Shown here one piece after another: positions 39,879 to 54,459 of a DNA stretch of 64,000 nt. Numbering within the stretch: position 1 is the stretch's first letter; each line of letters opens with the position of its first letter. The position numbers were made by a program, and so were the translations under genes. The notes below the pieces were generated by a model. That model had not been told where the DNA came from and did not search any database. It worked only from the letters and a program-made list of their open reading frames with translations. The DNA is from Octopus vulgaris (taxonomy: Eukaryota): contig OX597825.1 of NCBI GenBank assembly GCA_951406725.2, positions 56,606,001 to 56,670,000 on the forward strand. The letters run 5' to 3'.

Positions 39879-40262
39879 CACCTTATATATAGGCACCTTA
39901 TATATAGGCACCTTATATATAGGCACATGGCCTAGTGGTTAGAGCAGCGAACTCGCAGTCGATGGATTGCAGGGTTCGAATCGCAGGTCGGGTGGTATGT
40001 GTGTTTTTATGAGCGAAACACCTAAGCTCGGGGCTGCTCCGGCAGAAGTTCATGGCGAACTTTTGCAGACTCTTTCGTCACGACTTTCGTTCTTTCTTCC
40101 TGCATCTACCAGCTCAACTATGACGGACACATGTCCCGTCCTGGTGGGAAACCTATACGCCAATGAAACCGGGAAACCGGCTCTTATGAGCCAGGCATGG
40201 TTCGAAAAGGAACGAACAAAAACAGGGCGAAGAGCCTTGTACGCGACGGAAAAAAGAATCAC
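39455..40262 (+). repeat. Copy 1 of a dispersed composite duplication (unique segment, microsatellites, family-C SINE and 3' flank)
   Basis: Colinear with 47497-48473, including the post-SINE flank cagggcgaagagccttgtac.cgacggaaaaaa.gaatcac. Confidence 0.9.
39922..40217 (+). mobile_element. Family-C tRNA-derived SINE
   Basis: A box tggcctagtgg, B box ggttcgaatc, tail gaaaccgggaaaccggctcttatgagcc. Confidence 0.9.
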
Positions 40263-40852
40263 ATGCAAGATGACAGAAACTGTAATAAAAAAACCCTCCT
40301 TTTTTTACTCTCTTCTGTTATTTCTCTCTCTTAACTCAGTAGTACCGAACTTTCAATAATTCACATTTTCTATAATCTTCGCCGATCATTTTTCATATTA
40401 TCTACCCCTGTCTTTGAATTTTGTAAACATTTAATCATTTAAACGTGTTTTCTACTTCGCAAATTGAAATTTTTAAAAACCCATTGTTTTCTTTACGTAT
40501 ATACCATTGATAAACAAAAGATTGCTGAAACTAGTTTGGTAAGTGCGCAAATACATTTATTTAAAAACAATTACAGCTTTTTCAAATGAATACATACATG
40601 CTTGCACATGCTTACACATATACTTGCATACATACAAATACAGAAAGTAATATGGTGTGAGACAGACAGACAGACAGGCAGAAAGTGAGATAGACTGGGA
40701 AGGAGTTATAATTTTCATGTCATTTTATCCGATTTTTCAAATTTTTTATATTTGTTTTTCAATGCTTTTTGTTTTTTCTATCCGTATACACACACACACA
40801 TACATATACATACACACACATACATACATACATACATACATACATACATACA

Positions 40853-40883
<31 letters not shown>

Positions 40884-40898
40884 TTATATATGTATATA

Positions 40899-40968
<70 letters not shown>

Positions 40969-41692
40969 CTACAACACATTTATACATATATGGATATTAG
41001 ATATATACGCACGCACACATATACGCACATGCATATTTCTTGTTGGTTATTCATGAATGCAATCACAATTACCATTGTAAAATCTGATGAAATTAGCTGA
41101 GTAATGGTTTGGTCTTAAATACATGACTGTGAATTTCATTTACAGAACCACTGGGATGGATACCAGCCAGACAGTCGGACAGCCGTTGATGCAACCACCC
41201 AACCAGCTACTAGCCAACGAGTAAGCACACTACTTCATATCCCATCAAACCGACTTAGTAAATGATGCATTGGAATATATAGTCCTGGGTTCCATATACA
41301 GAGGAAGAAGGTTAGATGGTCATGAGTCGAATGACTTTGTTCGGATATCTGCTCGATAAGGTCTGACCTGGTGTTAAATGACTACATCTAATCATCCTGG
41401 CTACCAATAAACTATCCATGAAGCAGCCAAGAGGTCCTCTATCCAGCCAGTTAATCCATCTAACAACAAGCCAGTCATCAGGTCAGCCAATGTTCCTCTT
41501 AGTTATTGAACTACAAGCTGATTGTTACTTTGACGTATTCTGAAAATGATATTGGTTATTGATTTAGATTTCATCTGTTTGGTCCAGTCATTTACCATTT
41601 GCTGTCTTTCACTCTCGATTTGCTCAAATTCTTCTTATTGAAAATATCTTTCCTCCCTAAGCCACAATACTCTCTCTCTCTTTCTCTCTCTT

Positions 41693-41781
<89 letters not shown>

Positions 41782-42950
41782 AGTACAATTTAAACTCGAC
41801 ATTCAATGCTGCTAGCAATGCTTCGCTGAAACGGCCGAGCCCTCTCATTTGTACTCACTCCGTATTCTTCTTCTGCTTGCTCTTGTTGTCTGGTGTTTGG
41901 TCCTATGACAGTTCTGATGTAGCACGCGTATGATCACAAGCCTTCCAGATTTTTTACAATCGTTTTATATTTTTTTCGTATACATTACCCAATGTATTCG
42001 ATTGTTTATGGTGTTATTCGAAGGAAATTTAACTATTATTTCTAGCAGACGACAGAAAGGTTTCTACGTTGCTATGTTATTCTATCTGGTGAAATAAACA
42101 TCGTCGATGCTTTGCCCCACCCAGAAACTATAGGAGCTAATCAGGTTTTGCTTGCCCCTCTAAATCTATCGCAATATTAGAAACCTTTTAGTCATTCTGC
42201 TCAAAGATAGAATTTCAACTCACAATTCAGTCCCAGAATTTATGGTTACTTTTGTCGGCTACCTCTTCTCATTCTAATAATGTCTGTTTTCAGATTACTG
42301 TTCTACATACAGCCGGGCTTAATTCATCACGTAAGGCCCCATCCCCAACTAAATACACACAAACATGTACATGCATACACACGCGATAACCAACATACCC
42401 CCTAAACGAGACACCCGTCCGTTGTAGTTTTCCCTATATTTGCAGCTGAGTTTTCGGGAACAAGGTGAAATGATATGTTTATGCTTTGTTCAAAAGCACA
42501 ACGCGCCACCAGTCTGGGAATCGAAACAGTAATCTTGCATCCGTAAGCGCAACATCATTACCACTACACCACGCGCCTTCACAATAATAGATACTTAGTG
42601 TATATCATACCTCGTAGATGGCTGAGGTAAAAAAGATGAAAGATTTTGAACTCACAATGTCAAAAACAATTGTATTCAAAATCTTATCCCCACCAAGATA
42701 TTAGAATTTATTCAAATAAGTACCAGTCGCCAACTGGAGGCAATTTCAAATGCCTTTTCCTTTGTCTGAAAATTTGCTTCCGGTCCCTTACATCTGTTGT
42801 TATAAGGTACTATAGCGTCTCCGAAGACGGGGTTGTTGGATTCTTTCTGTAGCTATATTCCTTGGTAATGTTATTGGTTAATTTCGCAGAGCTAGAGACA
42901 TTCAATGCCTTTCTTGAAACAGCGAGTCTAATAACTAATAGCAGCAGCAC

Positions 42951-43031
<81 letters not shown>

Positions 43032-43912
43032 CTGTTGTTCTTGCTGTTGTTGTAGTAGCAGCAGCAGTAGCAGGAGCCCTGTTTTTTATTTTATTTTTTA
43101 TTTTCATTTTTTATATTTTTCAAATATAAGAGTTTTTGTTACGTTGCTTTTTTTTTTATTCTAGCTCTTTCATTTTCTTATGTTATTTTTGTCGTCCATT
43201 TTGTTGTTATTGTTGTTGTGGTTGTTGTTGCTTTTCATGCCAGAAATATGAAGAAGACGTTGCAAAGTGAAGAGTATCTGTTGAGAAAGAAATTATTATG
43301 AATCTCGCTTAGCCGCTTTAGACCAAGTCTATTTATATATTCTTTAAGCGAAAGATTTGGCGCCGTGCTTGTGTGAAGATTAGAATGGAAAAAAGGTGAA
43401 ATTGTCGACGAGCTTTTGTGAAATGAATGATGTGTTTTTACAATTACAATAGCTAAGGGACATATGCAAGTGATGGTTGCTAGGTCTTTAGTTAATCAAG
43501 GTTTTCAATCACACTGGGGCATCACTACATAAATATTCCACACACATAACCCTCTAGTCATTGAATGTGTGTATATATATATGTATATGTATATGTGTAT
43601 GTATGTATGTATGTATGTATGTATGTATGTATGTATGCATGCATATATATATATGTATATGTGTGTGTGTCTACATATATATATATGTGTATATATATAT
43701 GTGTGTGTGTATATATATATATGTATGTATGTATATATATATATATATATACATATATACACACACATTGTGCGAATATGTATGTGTGTACGCATATATA
43801 TGTATAAATACATATAAATATGTATATGTATGTATATATTTATGTGTGTGTATATATACATACATGCATGGAAACATACATACATACATACATACATACA
43901 TACATACATACA

Positions 43913-43949
<37 letters not shown>

Positions 43950-44267
43950 GTGTATAAATGTGTATAAAAGTATGTCGATGTATGCGTGTATGGGTGAATA
44001 GTGTTTGGAGAATACGAAGTGTATATGTGAAAGTTTGCAGATGTGAGTGGTTTAATGTGTAGGTGAATGTTTGTGTGTGTGTGTGTGTGCATGTATGTGT
44101 GTGGTGGGGGTGAATGAGTTGTGTGTATGTAAGAAGGAGATCGAACTAGCCTGTGCAGAGAAGAGAGAGAAAGTAGGGGACGGGGAGGATATATTTGGAT
44201 GGGAGAGAAAAAGATGGAGTTATAAGGAAGTATTAAAAAAATATCTATGAACAAGACACATATATAG

Positions 44268-44314
<47 letters not shown>

Positions 44315-44640
44315 CATAAATACACACACACACATGTACACATAATCACATACACATATAAACATTTACTTATATTAATATATGTATGTTTCTTTCCTGT
44401 ATTTTGTTTTTTTTTTCAAGCTTCTTGATGTGAAAGTGTGGGTAACAATAGATATTCTCCTATACAGGGAGGGTCATTCTACTCATAAAACACACGCAGT
44501 GGTTGCAGTTTGGCTTTTTATTAATCGATCTGTCAAAAGCCTTTCGTCATACATCTGTAGCCTTCTCAATAAGTTTCTACCAACTGTTTCCTTTTCTGTT
44601 GTTTGCTATTCATATATCTGTGGTGAATCTCTATGAGAAT

Positions 44641-44739
<99 letters not shown>

Positions 44740-44999
44740 AGTGTGTGTATTTACATGTAGGTATGCGCGTGTGTATATATATGTATATATGTGTGTGTGT
44801 TTTTATGTATATATATATGTGTGCAGGCATGCATGCATGTATGTGAGTATGTATGTATGTATGTATGTATGTATGTATGTATGTATGTATGTATGTATTT
44901 ATATGTACGTAAGCGTATTTGTGTTTGCGTGTGCTTTGTGTAATAAAGGTAGAATTATTTGAAAGTGTGCATTTATGTATATATGTGCGTGAATGCATG

Positions 45000-45072
<73 letters not shown>

Positions 45073-45394
45073 GTTGTTATTATTATTATTATTAGTGTTG
45101 TTGATTTATTTATTTGTCATTTATTTTGTTCTGTCAACTGAAAGGAATTCCTGTTGGTGCCGTTAGTAGATAAGGCGGACGTAGGTGTATCTCTCACTCT
45201 CTCGTTCTCTCTCTCTCACTTTCCCTTTCTCACTGTCTACCTCACTCACACACACACACACACACATACACATTCATTGCATTTTCATTGTATATTTTAT
45301 ATTCATCATATTTAAAATATCGTGGGCGCAATATAACGGCTCAGAAATTCACTTCGCAATCAACAGGTCACGGCTTATACTGCGTATCATCTTA

Positions 45395-45583
<189 letters not shown>

Positions 45584-46987
45584 GCTACCTTTATCAAAGG
45601 AAAAATGACAGAAACATCTAACGTTAACCTTGACCAGCAGAATGTCATAAAAGAACTAGACCCAGCGGAGAGCTACAAGTACCTAGGGGTAATTGAAGGG
45701 AACGGAATAAAGCATTCAGAGATGAAGGAAAGGATCAGGAGAGAATGCTATCGAAGAGTGAGAGCAATACTCAAGACAGAGCTGAATGCAAGAAACAGGA
45801 TCGAAGCGATCAATGCATTAGCCATACCAGTCGTGACTTACAGTTTCAATATTGTTAACTGGTCAATTACTGAAATATGTCAGCTCGACAGAAAAATAAG
45901 GAAACTGTTGACAATGCATAGAATGCACCACCCTAAGGCAGATACAGAACGACTCTATCTGCCAAGAAAAGAGGGAGGCCGTGGTCTTTTGCAACTGGCA
46001 ATAACAATGAAGATTGCTACAATTGGCCTAGACACCTACCTGAAAAAGTCTGAGGACTGGATGTTAAAACTTGTCTCAAAACATGAAAACAAGAAAGCAT
46101 CATACTCAGTCACAAAACAGGCAAAGGAATATCTAAGTGAATTCCGAATACAACCAATTTCGGAATTAGAGATAGACATACAAGAAACAAGCACAAAAAA
46201 AGCCAGGCGCATGAAAACCCGTGCCAAAACTGCGGCCTTAGATATTCTGAATAATAAATGGCAAGAAAAACCTCTCTATGGCAAATACCCAAAGAGAGCG
46301 AATAATGCAGATATTGACAAAGCCCTGACCCATCAATGGCTAAATCTGAAACAGAGGGGTTTATCATAGCAGCTCAAGATCATTGCCTACCAACAAGAAA
46401 CTACCAGGCCAACATATTAAAGAACGGCAGTAGCCCAACATGTCGTGTATGCCGACAACAAAATGAAACCATTGATCATGTTGTCTCCAAATGCGGTCTT
46501 CTAGCGCCTACAGAGTACCTCAACAGGTATGATAGAGCTGCACAATATATTCACTGGGTAATTTGCAAAAACCTGGATTTGCCCCATGAAAAAAACTGGT
46601 GGGAACACAATCCACCTCCAGTGCTTGAAAATGACCACATCTCACTCCTCTGACAGGAAGATAGATGCAAATAGGCCAGACATCATATTGAAAGACTTCA
46701 GACAAAGAACATGCCTCCTCATTGATATGACTGTCCCAATCGATATAAACGTATCTGTCAAGACCTACCAAAAACTGCGCAAATATAAAGATCTTGAAAT
46801 AGAAATCAGCAAAATGTGGAAGCTGAAGACTAAAACAATACCTGTTGTCATAGGTGCCCTGGGAATGATAGCGAAAGGGACTGATTGCTACCTAACTCAG
46901 ATACCAGGAAACCCCAAAATGGCAGAAATTCAAAAGATAGTGCTCATGGGAACTGCTCATATCCTACGCAAAATACTCACTATGTAA
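45584..46987 (+). pseudogene. R4/Dong RT-RLE polyprotein C-terminal part with two frameshifting deletions (about 46340 and about 46650)
   Basis: Three overlapping ORFs (45605-46369, 46336-46653, 46586-46987) join into one protein. The WL..LKSET and LWD...TDR motifs are partly deleted. Confidence 0.92.
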
Positions 46988-47157
46988 TCCCAAGGTTTAA
47001 AACAAACTTTTTTTTTTATGTATTAGACATTCACTAGTACAACACCAAAAAAAAAAACCCAAATATATGGCACAGAACTTCCAACCTGTTGTCTCTAGAG
47101 GTCTCTGGGTGAGACTTGGAGCCAACTTGTACAGACATAAATCAAAAGTCAAACATA

Positions 47158-47158
<1 letters not shown>
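45584..47158 (+). mobile_element. 5'-truncated R4/Dong-clade non-LTR retrotransposon inserted in (TAA)n
   Basis: RT C-terminus (YKYLG, RLYLPRKEGGRGL), ETEGFIIAAQD, CCHC finger CRVC...HVVSKC, RLE RPDIIL...IDMTVP...KYKDL, stop at 46987, about 170-nt 3'UTR, (TAA)n on both sides. Confidence 0.95.
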
Positions 47159-47250
<92 letters not shown>

Positions 47251-47257
47251 TAATAAT
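47159..47257. repeat. (TAA)n tail or 3' flank of the R4/Dong element
   Basis: Direct reading of the sequence. Confidence 0.97.
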
Positions 47258-47496
47258 ATTTTCTTTTATTGGCCAAACCATGCACTTACACACATACATA
47301 TCTTCGGACAGACCTATGATTTGTGCGATGAAACTGAATATATAAGAAAACTGCGTGGAAGCCCATTTCATGAATTATACTTGTAATTCAACGTTCCAGC
47401 CAAGTCAAACTATATCTCGCTGAATATACCCGAAAATTACAATAAAGGCGCATCTGTCTCTGGAATACTCTTACTCTATTCCAGTCATTCTACGAT

Positions 47497-47644
47497 GACT
47501 GGTAGCGCTAGTCGGCGGCTCAACGTATACAAAGTACGGGGTAATAAAATTGCATTTATACTCAGCCCAGCCACAAACAGTCGTTGATCTTTCAGTGAAT
47601 ACCTCCATCCAGATTTTAGGTATCATTAAAATTTTTAGCTATAA

Positions 47645-47677
<33 letters not shown>

Positions 47678-47974
47678 GTGCGCGCGCGTGTGCGTGTGCG
47701 CGCGCGTATGCGTGTGCGCGCGCGTGTGTGTGTGCGCGCGCGTGTGCGTGTGCGCGCGCGTGTGCGTGTGTGTATGTGTGTGCGCGAGCGTGTGTGTGTG
47801 TGTGTGTGTGTGTGACTGCAATGCAATGAATCTAACGAATAAATGGCTAAATGAGTGTATATTATATGGTACATATGGTATAAATACATTAACATACACA
47901 CATATATATATATAAATATATATATATATAATTATATATATGTATATATATATATACATACATACATACATACA

Positions 47975-48008
<34 letters not shown>

Positions 48009-48020
48009 CATATATACAAG

Positions 48021-48099
<79 letters not shown>

Positions 48100-48473
48100 A
48101 TGTATGTATGTATATATGTATATAGTGGAGGCACATGGGCTAGTGGTTAGAGTAGCGGACTCGCTGTCGAAGGATCGCGGGGTTCGAATCACCGACCGGG
48201 TGGTATGTGTGTTTATGAGCGAAACACCTAAGCTCCACGCGGTTCCGGCAGAAGGTAACGGCAAACTTCTGCAGACTCTTTCGCCACAACTTTCTCTCAC
48301 TCTTTCCACCTGCATCTTACCAGCTCACCTATGACGGAGCGACGTCCCATCCTGGTGGGGAACTTATACGCCAATGAAACCGGGAAACCAACCCTTATGA
48401 GCTAGGCATGGCTCGAGAAGAAATAAACACGAACAGGGCGAAGAGCCTTGTACTCGACGGAAAAAATGAATCA
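47497..48473 (+). repeat. Copy 2 of the composite duplication
   Basis: Colinear with 39455-40262. Confidence 0.9.
48127..48428 (+). mobile_element. Family-C tRNA-derived SINE
   Basis: ggcacatgggctagtggttagagtagcggactcg...ggttcgaatc...gaaaccgggaaacc. Confidence 0.9.
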
Positions 48474-48542
48474 CGCAAGTTGAACGAAATATCTAACTTT
48501 TGTTAGATAATTATCAGAACGCCAATCATTTTCTGTTTCTTT

Positions 48543-48783
48543 TTCTTTTACTCTTTTACTCTTTACTCTTTTACTTGTTTCAGTCATTTGACTGCGGCCA
48601 TGCTGAAGCACCGCCTTTAGTCGAGCAAATCGACCCCGGGACTTATTCTTTGTAAGCCCAGTACTTATTCTATCGGTCTCTTTCGCCGAACCGCTAAGTG
48701 ACAGGGACGTAAACACACCTGCATCGGTTGTCAAGCAATGCTAGGGGGACAAGCACAGACATACAAACACACACGCACATATA

Positions 48784-48832
<49 letters not shown>

Positions 48833-48994
48833 GACAGGCTTCTTTCAGTTTCCGGCTACCAAATCCACTCACAAGGCATTGGTCGGCCCGGGGCTATAGC
48901 AGAAGACACTTGCCCAAGGTGCCACGCAGTGGGACTGAACCCGGAACCATGTGGTTGGTTAGCAAGCTACTTACCACACCGCCACTCCTGCGCC
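48543..48994 (-). mobile_element. Family-A SINE, full length and young, with (TAAAAGAG)n tail
   Basis: (ctctttta)n then ttgtttcagtcatttgactgcggcc...cttaccacaccgccactcctgcgcc. Confidence 0.95.
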
Positions 48995-49019
48995 TTTATT
49001 TTTCTTTTTTTCCTTCGTT

Positions 49020-49730
49020 TCTCTTTCTTCTTCCCACTTGTTATTCTCTGATATTTTTTTTGTTTTTATTCTGTCGCTTGCAACAATTAAGTTGTATAAA
49101 CATACGGCAGGAGGTTTTATGCGCGTGCATGTGTGCGTGCATACATATTTATGCATTTGTGTATATTTGTTTGACCTATATATGTCTGTATATGTATGTA
49201 TGTAGGCATCGACCTACGTCTGTATGTTTAGTGTATATATGTATATGTAACAGATTGTTTGGTATGTGTATGTATTGCTAAATGTATATGTATTTTAGTG
49301 TGAAAGTTTTTTAAACATATATCTTACAATTAATTTTTATTTTTACAATTGATTATTTACCCTGGGTATTCAAGCCTTTTTCTTTCTTCATAAGCTATTT
49401 TTGAATTAAGGTTTCCTTCGGTTTTTATAATACTATGATTTTAAGCTGCAATTTATTTTTTCATGCAACCGGTTATTGAAGAGACCGTTAGTTGAAAAGA
49501 CCAATGAAACAAAACCATTTTCCAGTGTGTATCTATCAAAGTATTGTATTTCTGCATATAACTTTATCTTGCTCCATATTAAACAAAACTGTCCGACGAA
49601 CGGGAACGTGAAACTCTGAGTAACAGTTTTTCTGATGTTTTTGCTGCTTTTTGATAAAGCCTATTACGCTACCTCTGGTATTCGAGTACTATTTTTTCCA
49701 CCTTGTTTTATATCTATGTGTTTACTCTGG
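49020..49730 (+). mobile_element. Penelope-like element 3' terminal (pLTR) copy with hammerhead at 49585-49630
   Basis: Homologous to about 52480-53128 and, inverted, to 50893-51187. HHR reads aaaactgt-CCGACGA-acg ggaa cgt-GAAA-ctctgag-ta-acagtttt. Ends at (TA)n. Confidence 0.8.
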
Positions 49731-49745
49731 TATATATATAAACAT

Positions 49746-49997
49746 TTTCACTTTTCTCGGTCTGTTAACGGCCAGGCGTAGAGACAAGTATAATGGCACT
49801 GATGTAGCAACATTCAAAATTTTGTCTAGGTGAATCTAGCCCAACAGAACTGATAAAATTTACGTTAATATACGTAATTTGGAAAGTTCGAAACCTAAGT
49901 CCTAGATTATCCACATCTGGGTTGTACATTTATTTAACGTTCTTCCTACAGGTAAGAGGAAATTTTTTATGTACGCTGCCCGCAAACATATTTGCCA

Positions 49998-50069
<72 letters not shown>

Positions 50070-50173
50070 AACTATTGAACTTCTAAATCTCTCGTAGAGA
50101 CCTGTACGGTGGTGGGGCGATATAATTGTGTACCCCCTACTGTCACGTTCTTGTTAGATTGACAGTATACAAC

Positions 50174-50235
<62 letters not shown>

Positions 50236-50653
50236 AATCTTTACTATAGTATCGTATATTATCGACAGCTATTTCCAGTAAATATTGAGGCGTTGTTGGA
50301 CCACTATTCTATATTTATACGTTAACCTGATGGTGCTTTGTTTTAATGGGAAGAAATACTACTGTGTGGCATTATTTAATCATTTTTTTTTTTGAAAGCT
50401 TTTTCACTGCTCTCAGTCTGTTAACGACAAGGCGTCCAGACAAGTATACTTGCACTGATGTAGCAACATTCAAAATTTTGTCGAGGTGAATCTAGCCGAA
50501 CAGAACTAATCAAATATGCGCTAACAAACGTAATTTAGAAAGTTCGAAACCTAGGTTCTAGATTATCCACATCTGGGTTGTACATTTATTTAAACTTCTT
50601 CCTACAAGTAAGGTAAAAACTTTTATGTTCGCCGCGTGCAAACATCTTTATCA

Positions 50654-50725
<72 letters not shown>

Positions 50726-50815
50726 TGAAGCTTTACTACAGCGTCGTATATTATCGACTGCTATTTCCAGTAAATATTGGAGCATTGTTGTTCCACTATT
50801 CTATATTTATATAAA
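49746..50815 (+). repeat. Two-copy tandem duplication of an unknown unit containing a (TA)n tract
   Basis: ctc.gtctgttaacg...gcactgatgtagcaacattcaaaattttgtc...ctagattatccacatctgggttgtacattt...(TA)n ca.tgaa.ctttacta starts at about 49746 and about 50403. Confidence 0.9.
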
Positions 50816-50816
50816 T

Positions 50817-50855
<39 letters not shown>

Positions 50856-50892
50856 GTGTGTGTGTGTGTGTGTGTGCGTGTGTGTATGTATA

Positions 50893-51187
50893 CCAGAGTA
50901 AGCACAAAACTGTGGAACAAGGTGGAAAAAGTAGTACTCGAATACCGGAGGTAGAGTAATATGCTTTATTTTAAAGCTGCAAAGACATCACAAAATCTGT
51001 TACTCGGTGTTTCACGTTCCTGACGTCGGACAGTTCTGGTTGAGAATGGAACAAAATATGGTTATATGCATAAATATACAATTACGTTAATAGTTAGACA
51101 TTTGAAAATGGTTTTGTTTCACTGGTCCTTTCAACTAACGGTCTTTTCATTATAATTACGATTTAAAATCATATTATTATAAAATTG
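50893..51187 (-). mobile_element. Inverted copy of the Penelope-like terminus (decayed hammerhead about 50993-51035)
   Basis: Reverse complement of about 49420-49730, joined directly to the 5'-truncated GIY-YIG ORF. Confidence 0.85.
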
Positions 51188-51198
51188 ATAGCGCACGA

Positions 51199-51579
51199 GG
51201 GACTTCGGAAAATTCATTCACGACTAAATTTTATTCCCACCGAAATTATTTCCGGTACCCCGAGAATAGAACACCAACAGGTCTTGCAAAACATGACTGG
51301 CAATCGAAGGAAAACGACACCCGTCCTTTCAATATCAGATGGACAATTTGGGGGAAAGCAGAACCATATAAACATGGAGTATATAGAAGACCAATGGAAT
51401 GCAGTCTTTGCCTCTCAGAAAAACTCTTCATCCTGTTCCAGGATAAACATGCATTGAACCAAAGACGAGAACTTTTAAATTCCTGCAGGTACGCTACAAG
51501 GTTTAAAATGTCAACTGAAAAATACCGTATGGGTAAAAATTTTAGACTTTCGAAAAATTTTTTTGACTTTCGCATCTGA
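51199..51579 (+). pseudogene. Penelope-like GIY-YIG endonuclease C-terminal part (probably Naiad-type), 5'-truncated
   Basis: Open frame GTSENSFTTKFYSHRNYF...TGLAKHDWQSKE...FNIRWTI...AEPY...CSLCLSEKLFIL...LNQRRELLNSCRYATRF fits the C.LC..EK..I / LN.R.EL...CRH pattern. Confidence 0.85.
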
Positions 51580-51919
51580 ATTAGCTATTACTCCTAATTA
51601 TATAGACATCTTTTAATATTATAAACCTTCGACTATTTTGCAAATTTAAACTTACATTTTGCCGAGGTCGAATTTTCCCTCATTTTTACTCAATTTCATA
51701 TTTAAATTTTCAATTATTATTTCAAATTTATATATTTAAAAAAAAGTTATATATTTATATTACATTTAATTATATTATATTAATTTATTGTACAATTTTC
51801 TTATTTTAATATTCTATACATCAAACAATTTTTAAATATATTTGTATACGCACATAGTCATGGTGTATATATGTATCTTGATGTAAATATATGTATGTAG
51901 GTATATATGCGTGACCGCT

Positions 51920-52090
51920 AAATCCACAAGTTTTTCTTTTATTCTCTGTTTATTTTCTCTTAATCCTTTCTGTTGAGGAGCGTAGGCTCGAAACGTAAAA
52001 GACTTTTTCACTTTCCCGAGCGTTAAACTAATACCCCTGCTTGTTGTTCATACACCTGTCTTCGTCTTTTGTTTATCTATAAATTTCAAC
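51920..52090 (+). mobile_element. Short Penelope-like fragment with minimal hammerhead (51966-52001), same family as 3072-3230
   Basis: cttt-CTGTTGA-g-gagc gtag gctc-GAAA-cg-ta-aaag; ends at (TA)n. Confidence 0.65.
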
Positions 52091-52098
52091 TATATATA

Positions 52099-52217
<119 letters not shown>

Positions 52218-52479
52218 CGTATATGTTTATCTGTATATTTGAATGCGTGTCTACATTTGTGTTACTTCTGCATGTTTGTATGTATGTATTTAGGTAAATA
52301 TTCATGTCGTTTTGTATATGTGCGTTTTTATGTTTGCGTTTGCAAACTCATTGAAGCATATAACATTTGTTAAATATTTTTTAGGAACGCCAACTTCCAA
52401 ATAATCTCACTCTCTACCTATTTTTCTCTTTCTCGTTCTAAGTTTTTCTTTCCTCTTTTCTTTCTTTCTTTCTTCCACC

Positions 52480-53128
52480 ACTTCATTTTTTTTTCTGCTT
52501 TTTCTTTCTCCCACCACTTATTCTCTGATTGTCATTTCGTTTTTTTTTTCTCTAGCTTGTAACAACTAAGTTGTATATTTCTAATACATACGGAGAAGTA
52601 TTATGTGCGTATATATATATGTTCCTGGATACCTATAAACGCATTTGTATATATCTATTTGCCTGTATTTGTTTGTATATGTATGTTGGCATGTACCAAC
52701 GTTTGAATGTTAGTGTATATAAGTATACGTAGGTTTGTAGGTAGGTGTATGTCTCACTAAACTTATGTATTTTTATGATGTTGCCTCTTTGTAAATGTTT
52801 TTATTTTAAACCGACATATCACTGTAATTTATTTAAATATATTTTTTTACTATTAATTAATTTACCCTGAGTATACAGATTTTCTTCCTACTGAAGCTAA
52901 TTTTGGATTTAAGGTTTTCTCAGTTTCATATAACCGGTCGTTGAAACGACCGTAAGTTGAAAGGACCAATGAAACAAAACTATTTTCAAATGTGTATCTA
53001 TCAACGTAATTGTATATTTATTAATATAGCTATATTTTGCTCCATTCTCAATCAAAGCTGCCCTCCGAACGGGAACGTGAAACGCTGAATATCAGTTTTT
53101 GTGATGTCTTTGAAGCTTTATTGATAAA
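52480..53128 (+). mobile_element. Penelope-like 3' terminal copy (decayed hammerhead about 53054-53098)
   Basis: Colinear with 49020-49660 (gaccgt.agttgaaa.gaccaatgaaacaaaac...gaacgggaacgtgaaac). Confidence 0.8.
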
Positions 53129-53237
<109 letters not shown>

Positions 53238-53273
53238 CATCATCATCATTGTTGTTGTTGTTGTTGTTATATA

Positions 53274-54459
53274 CAGGGGTTAGACAAAATAAAGGAATCA
53301 CCTTAAAATTTCAGACAAATTTATTTTAATATGGGGTAGGACTGCCTTTGGCAGTAATTACACCTTGAATTCTGAGATGTATGGACTCGTACAAAGTTTG
53401 AATTGTTTCGAAAGGAAATTTTGTCCATTCTTCAGCTAAAACAGTCTCTACTTCTTGTAGTGATGGTGGTGGAAGATATCGACACCTTACTTGTTTTTAT
53501 AAAATGCACCATAAATGTTCAATAATATTGAGATCTGGGGACTGTGGTGGCCATATAAGATGTTCAACTTCACTGGAACAGTTCCGCAACCATAGGATGA
53601 ATTTGATCAGATAAAATGGTTTAATAGTCTTGACTATTAATTCTGCTATGAAGAGAAACCATTGGGCCGGCGGATTTCCAAGATGTAGCCCAGATCATCA
53701 CAGATCCTCCTCTATGTTTAACTGTTGGAAGAAGGCAGCCTGGGTCAAATGCTTCTTTTGACTGTCTCCACACGTATACTCGGCGGTGGTCGGAAATAGG
53801 GTAAAGGATGACTCGTTCCAGAAAATAACATTCTTCCACTGCTCTAGGGACTAATTGGACTAATTCTGTAGGTTTTTACTCTACTCTAAACGCTTTACAA
53901 CGTTTGTTTTTTTAAAGTAGTGGCTTTCTTATTGCAGCTCTCCTGTGAAATCCGGCTTTGTGCAGCTCCCGGTGAAACGTTTTTGTGGAAACTGGATTCT
54001 CGAGGTGGTCATTAAGCTCTGCACTAATTTGGGGAACTGTACATTTGTGATCCTTTCTAACAATTCGTGTAAGAGCCCGAGGGTCCCTACCTGAAAGTTT
54101 TGGTTTTCTTCCGGAGTTTTGTTTCGACGAGGAGGTTTTTCCCTCAAAGCTATTATTACTTTCGAGACAGTACTTTTTGATACACCAAACATTTCGGCTG
54201 TTTTCGTTACGCTAGCGCCTGCCATAAGAACACCAACAATTTAACCTCTTTGAAAGTTCGATAAATCTGTCATTTTAATGAATTATCATTACCTTTTTCT
54301 AATGGTATGTGAAAAGAAACAGCAATTCTAGCACAACATATTAAGCAACACTAATAATAAATCAAAAAACATAAAAATAAACAAGCTTTTGACGGTTTTA
54401 TAAATATTCCAAAATTATGATGCTATGATGCTAGGTGTTTCTGTTATTTTGTCCACCCC

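Noticed and set aside
39922-39995. tRNA gene candidates (also at 48127 and 55580)
   Set aside because: A and B boxes are present, but they continue into SINE bodies and lack a complete acceptor stem.
49830-49956. Possible exon (ag|GTGAATCT...CTACAG|gtaag, open frame GESSPTELIKF...)
   Set aside because: The paralogous copy has a stop in that frame and an altered donor. Substitutions are not clearly synonymous-biased and the peptide is unrecognisable.
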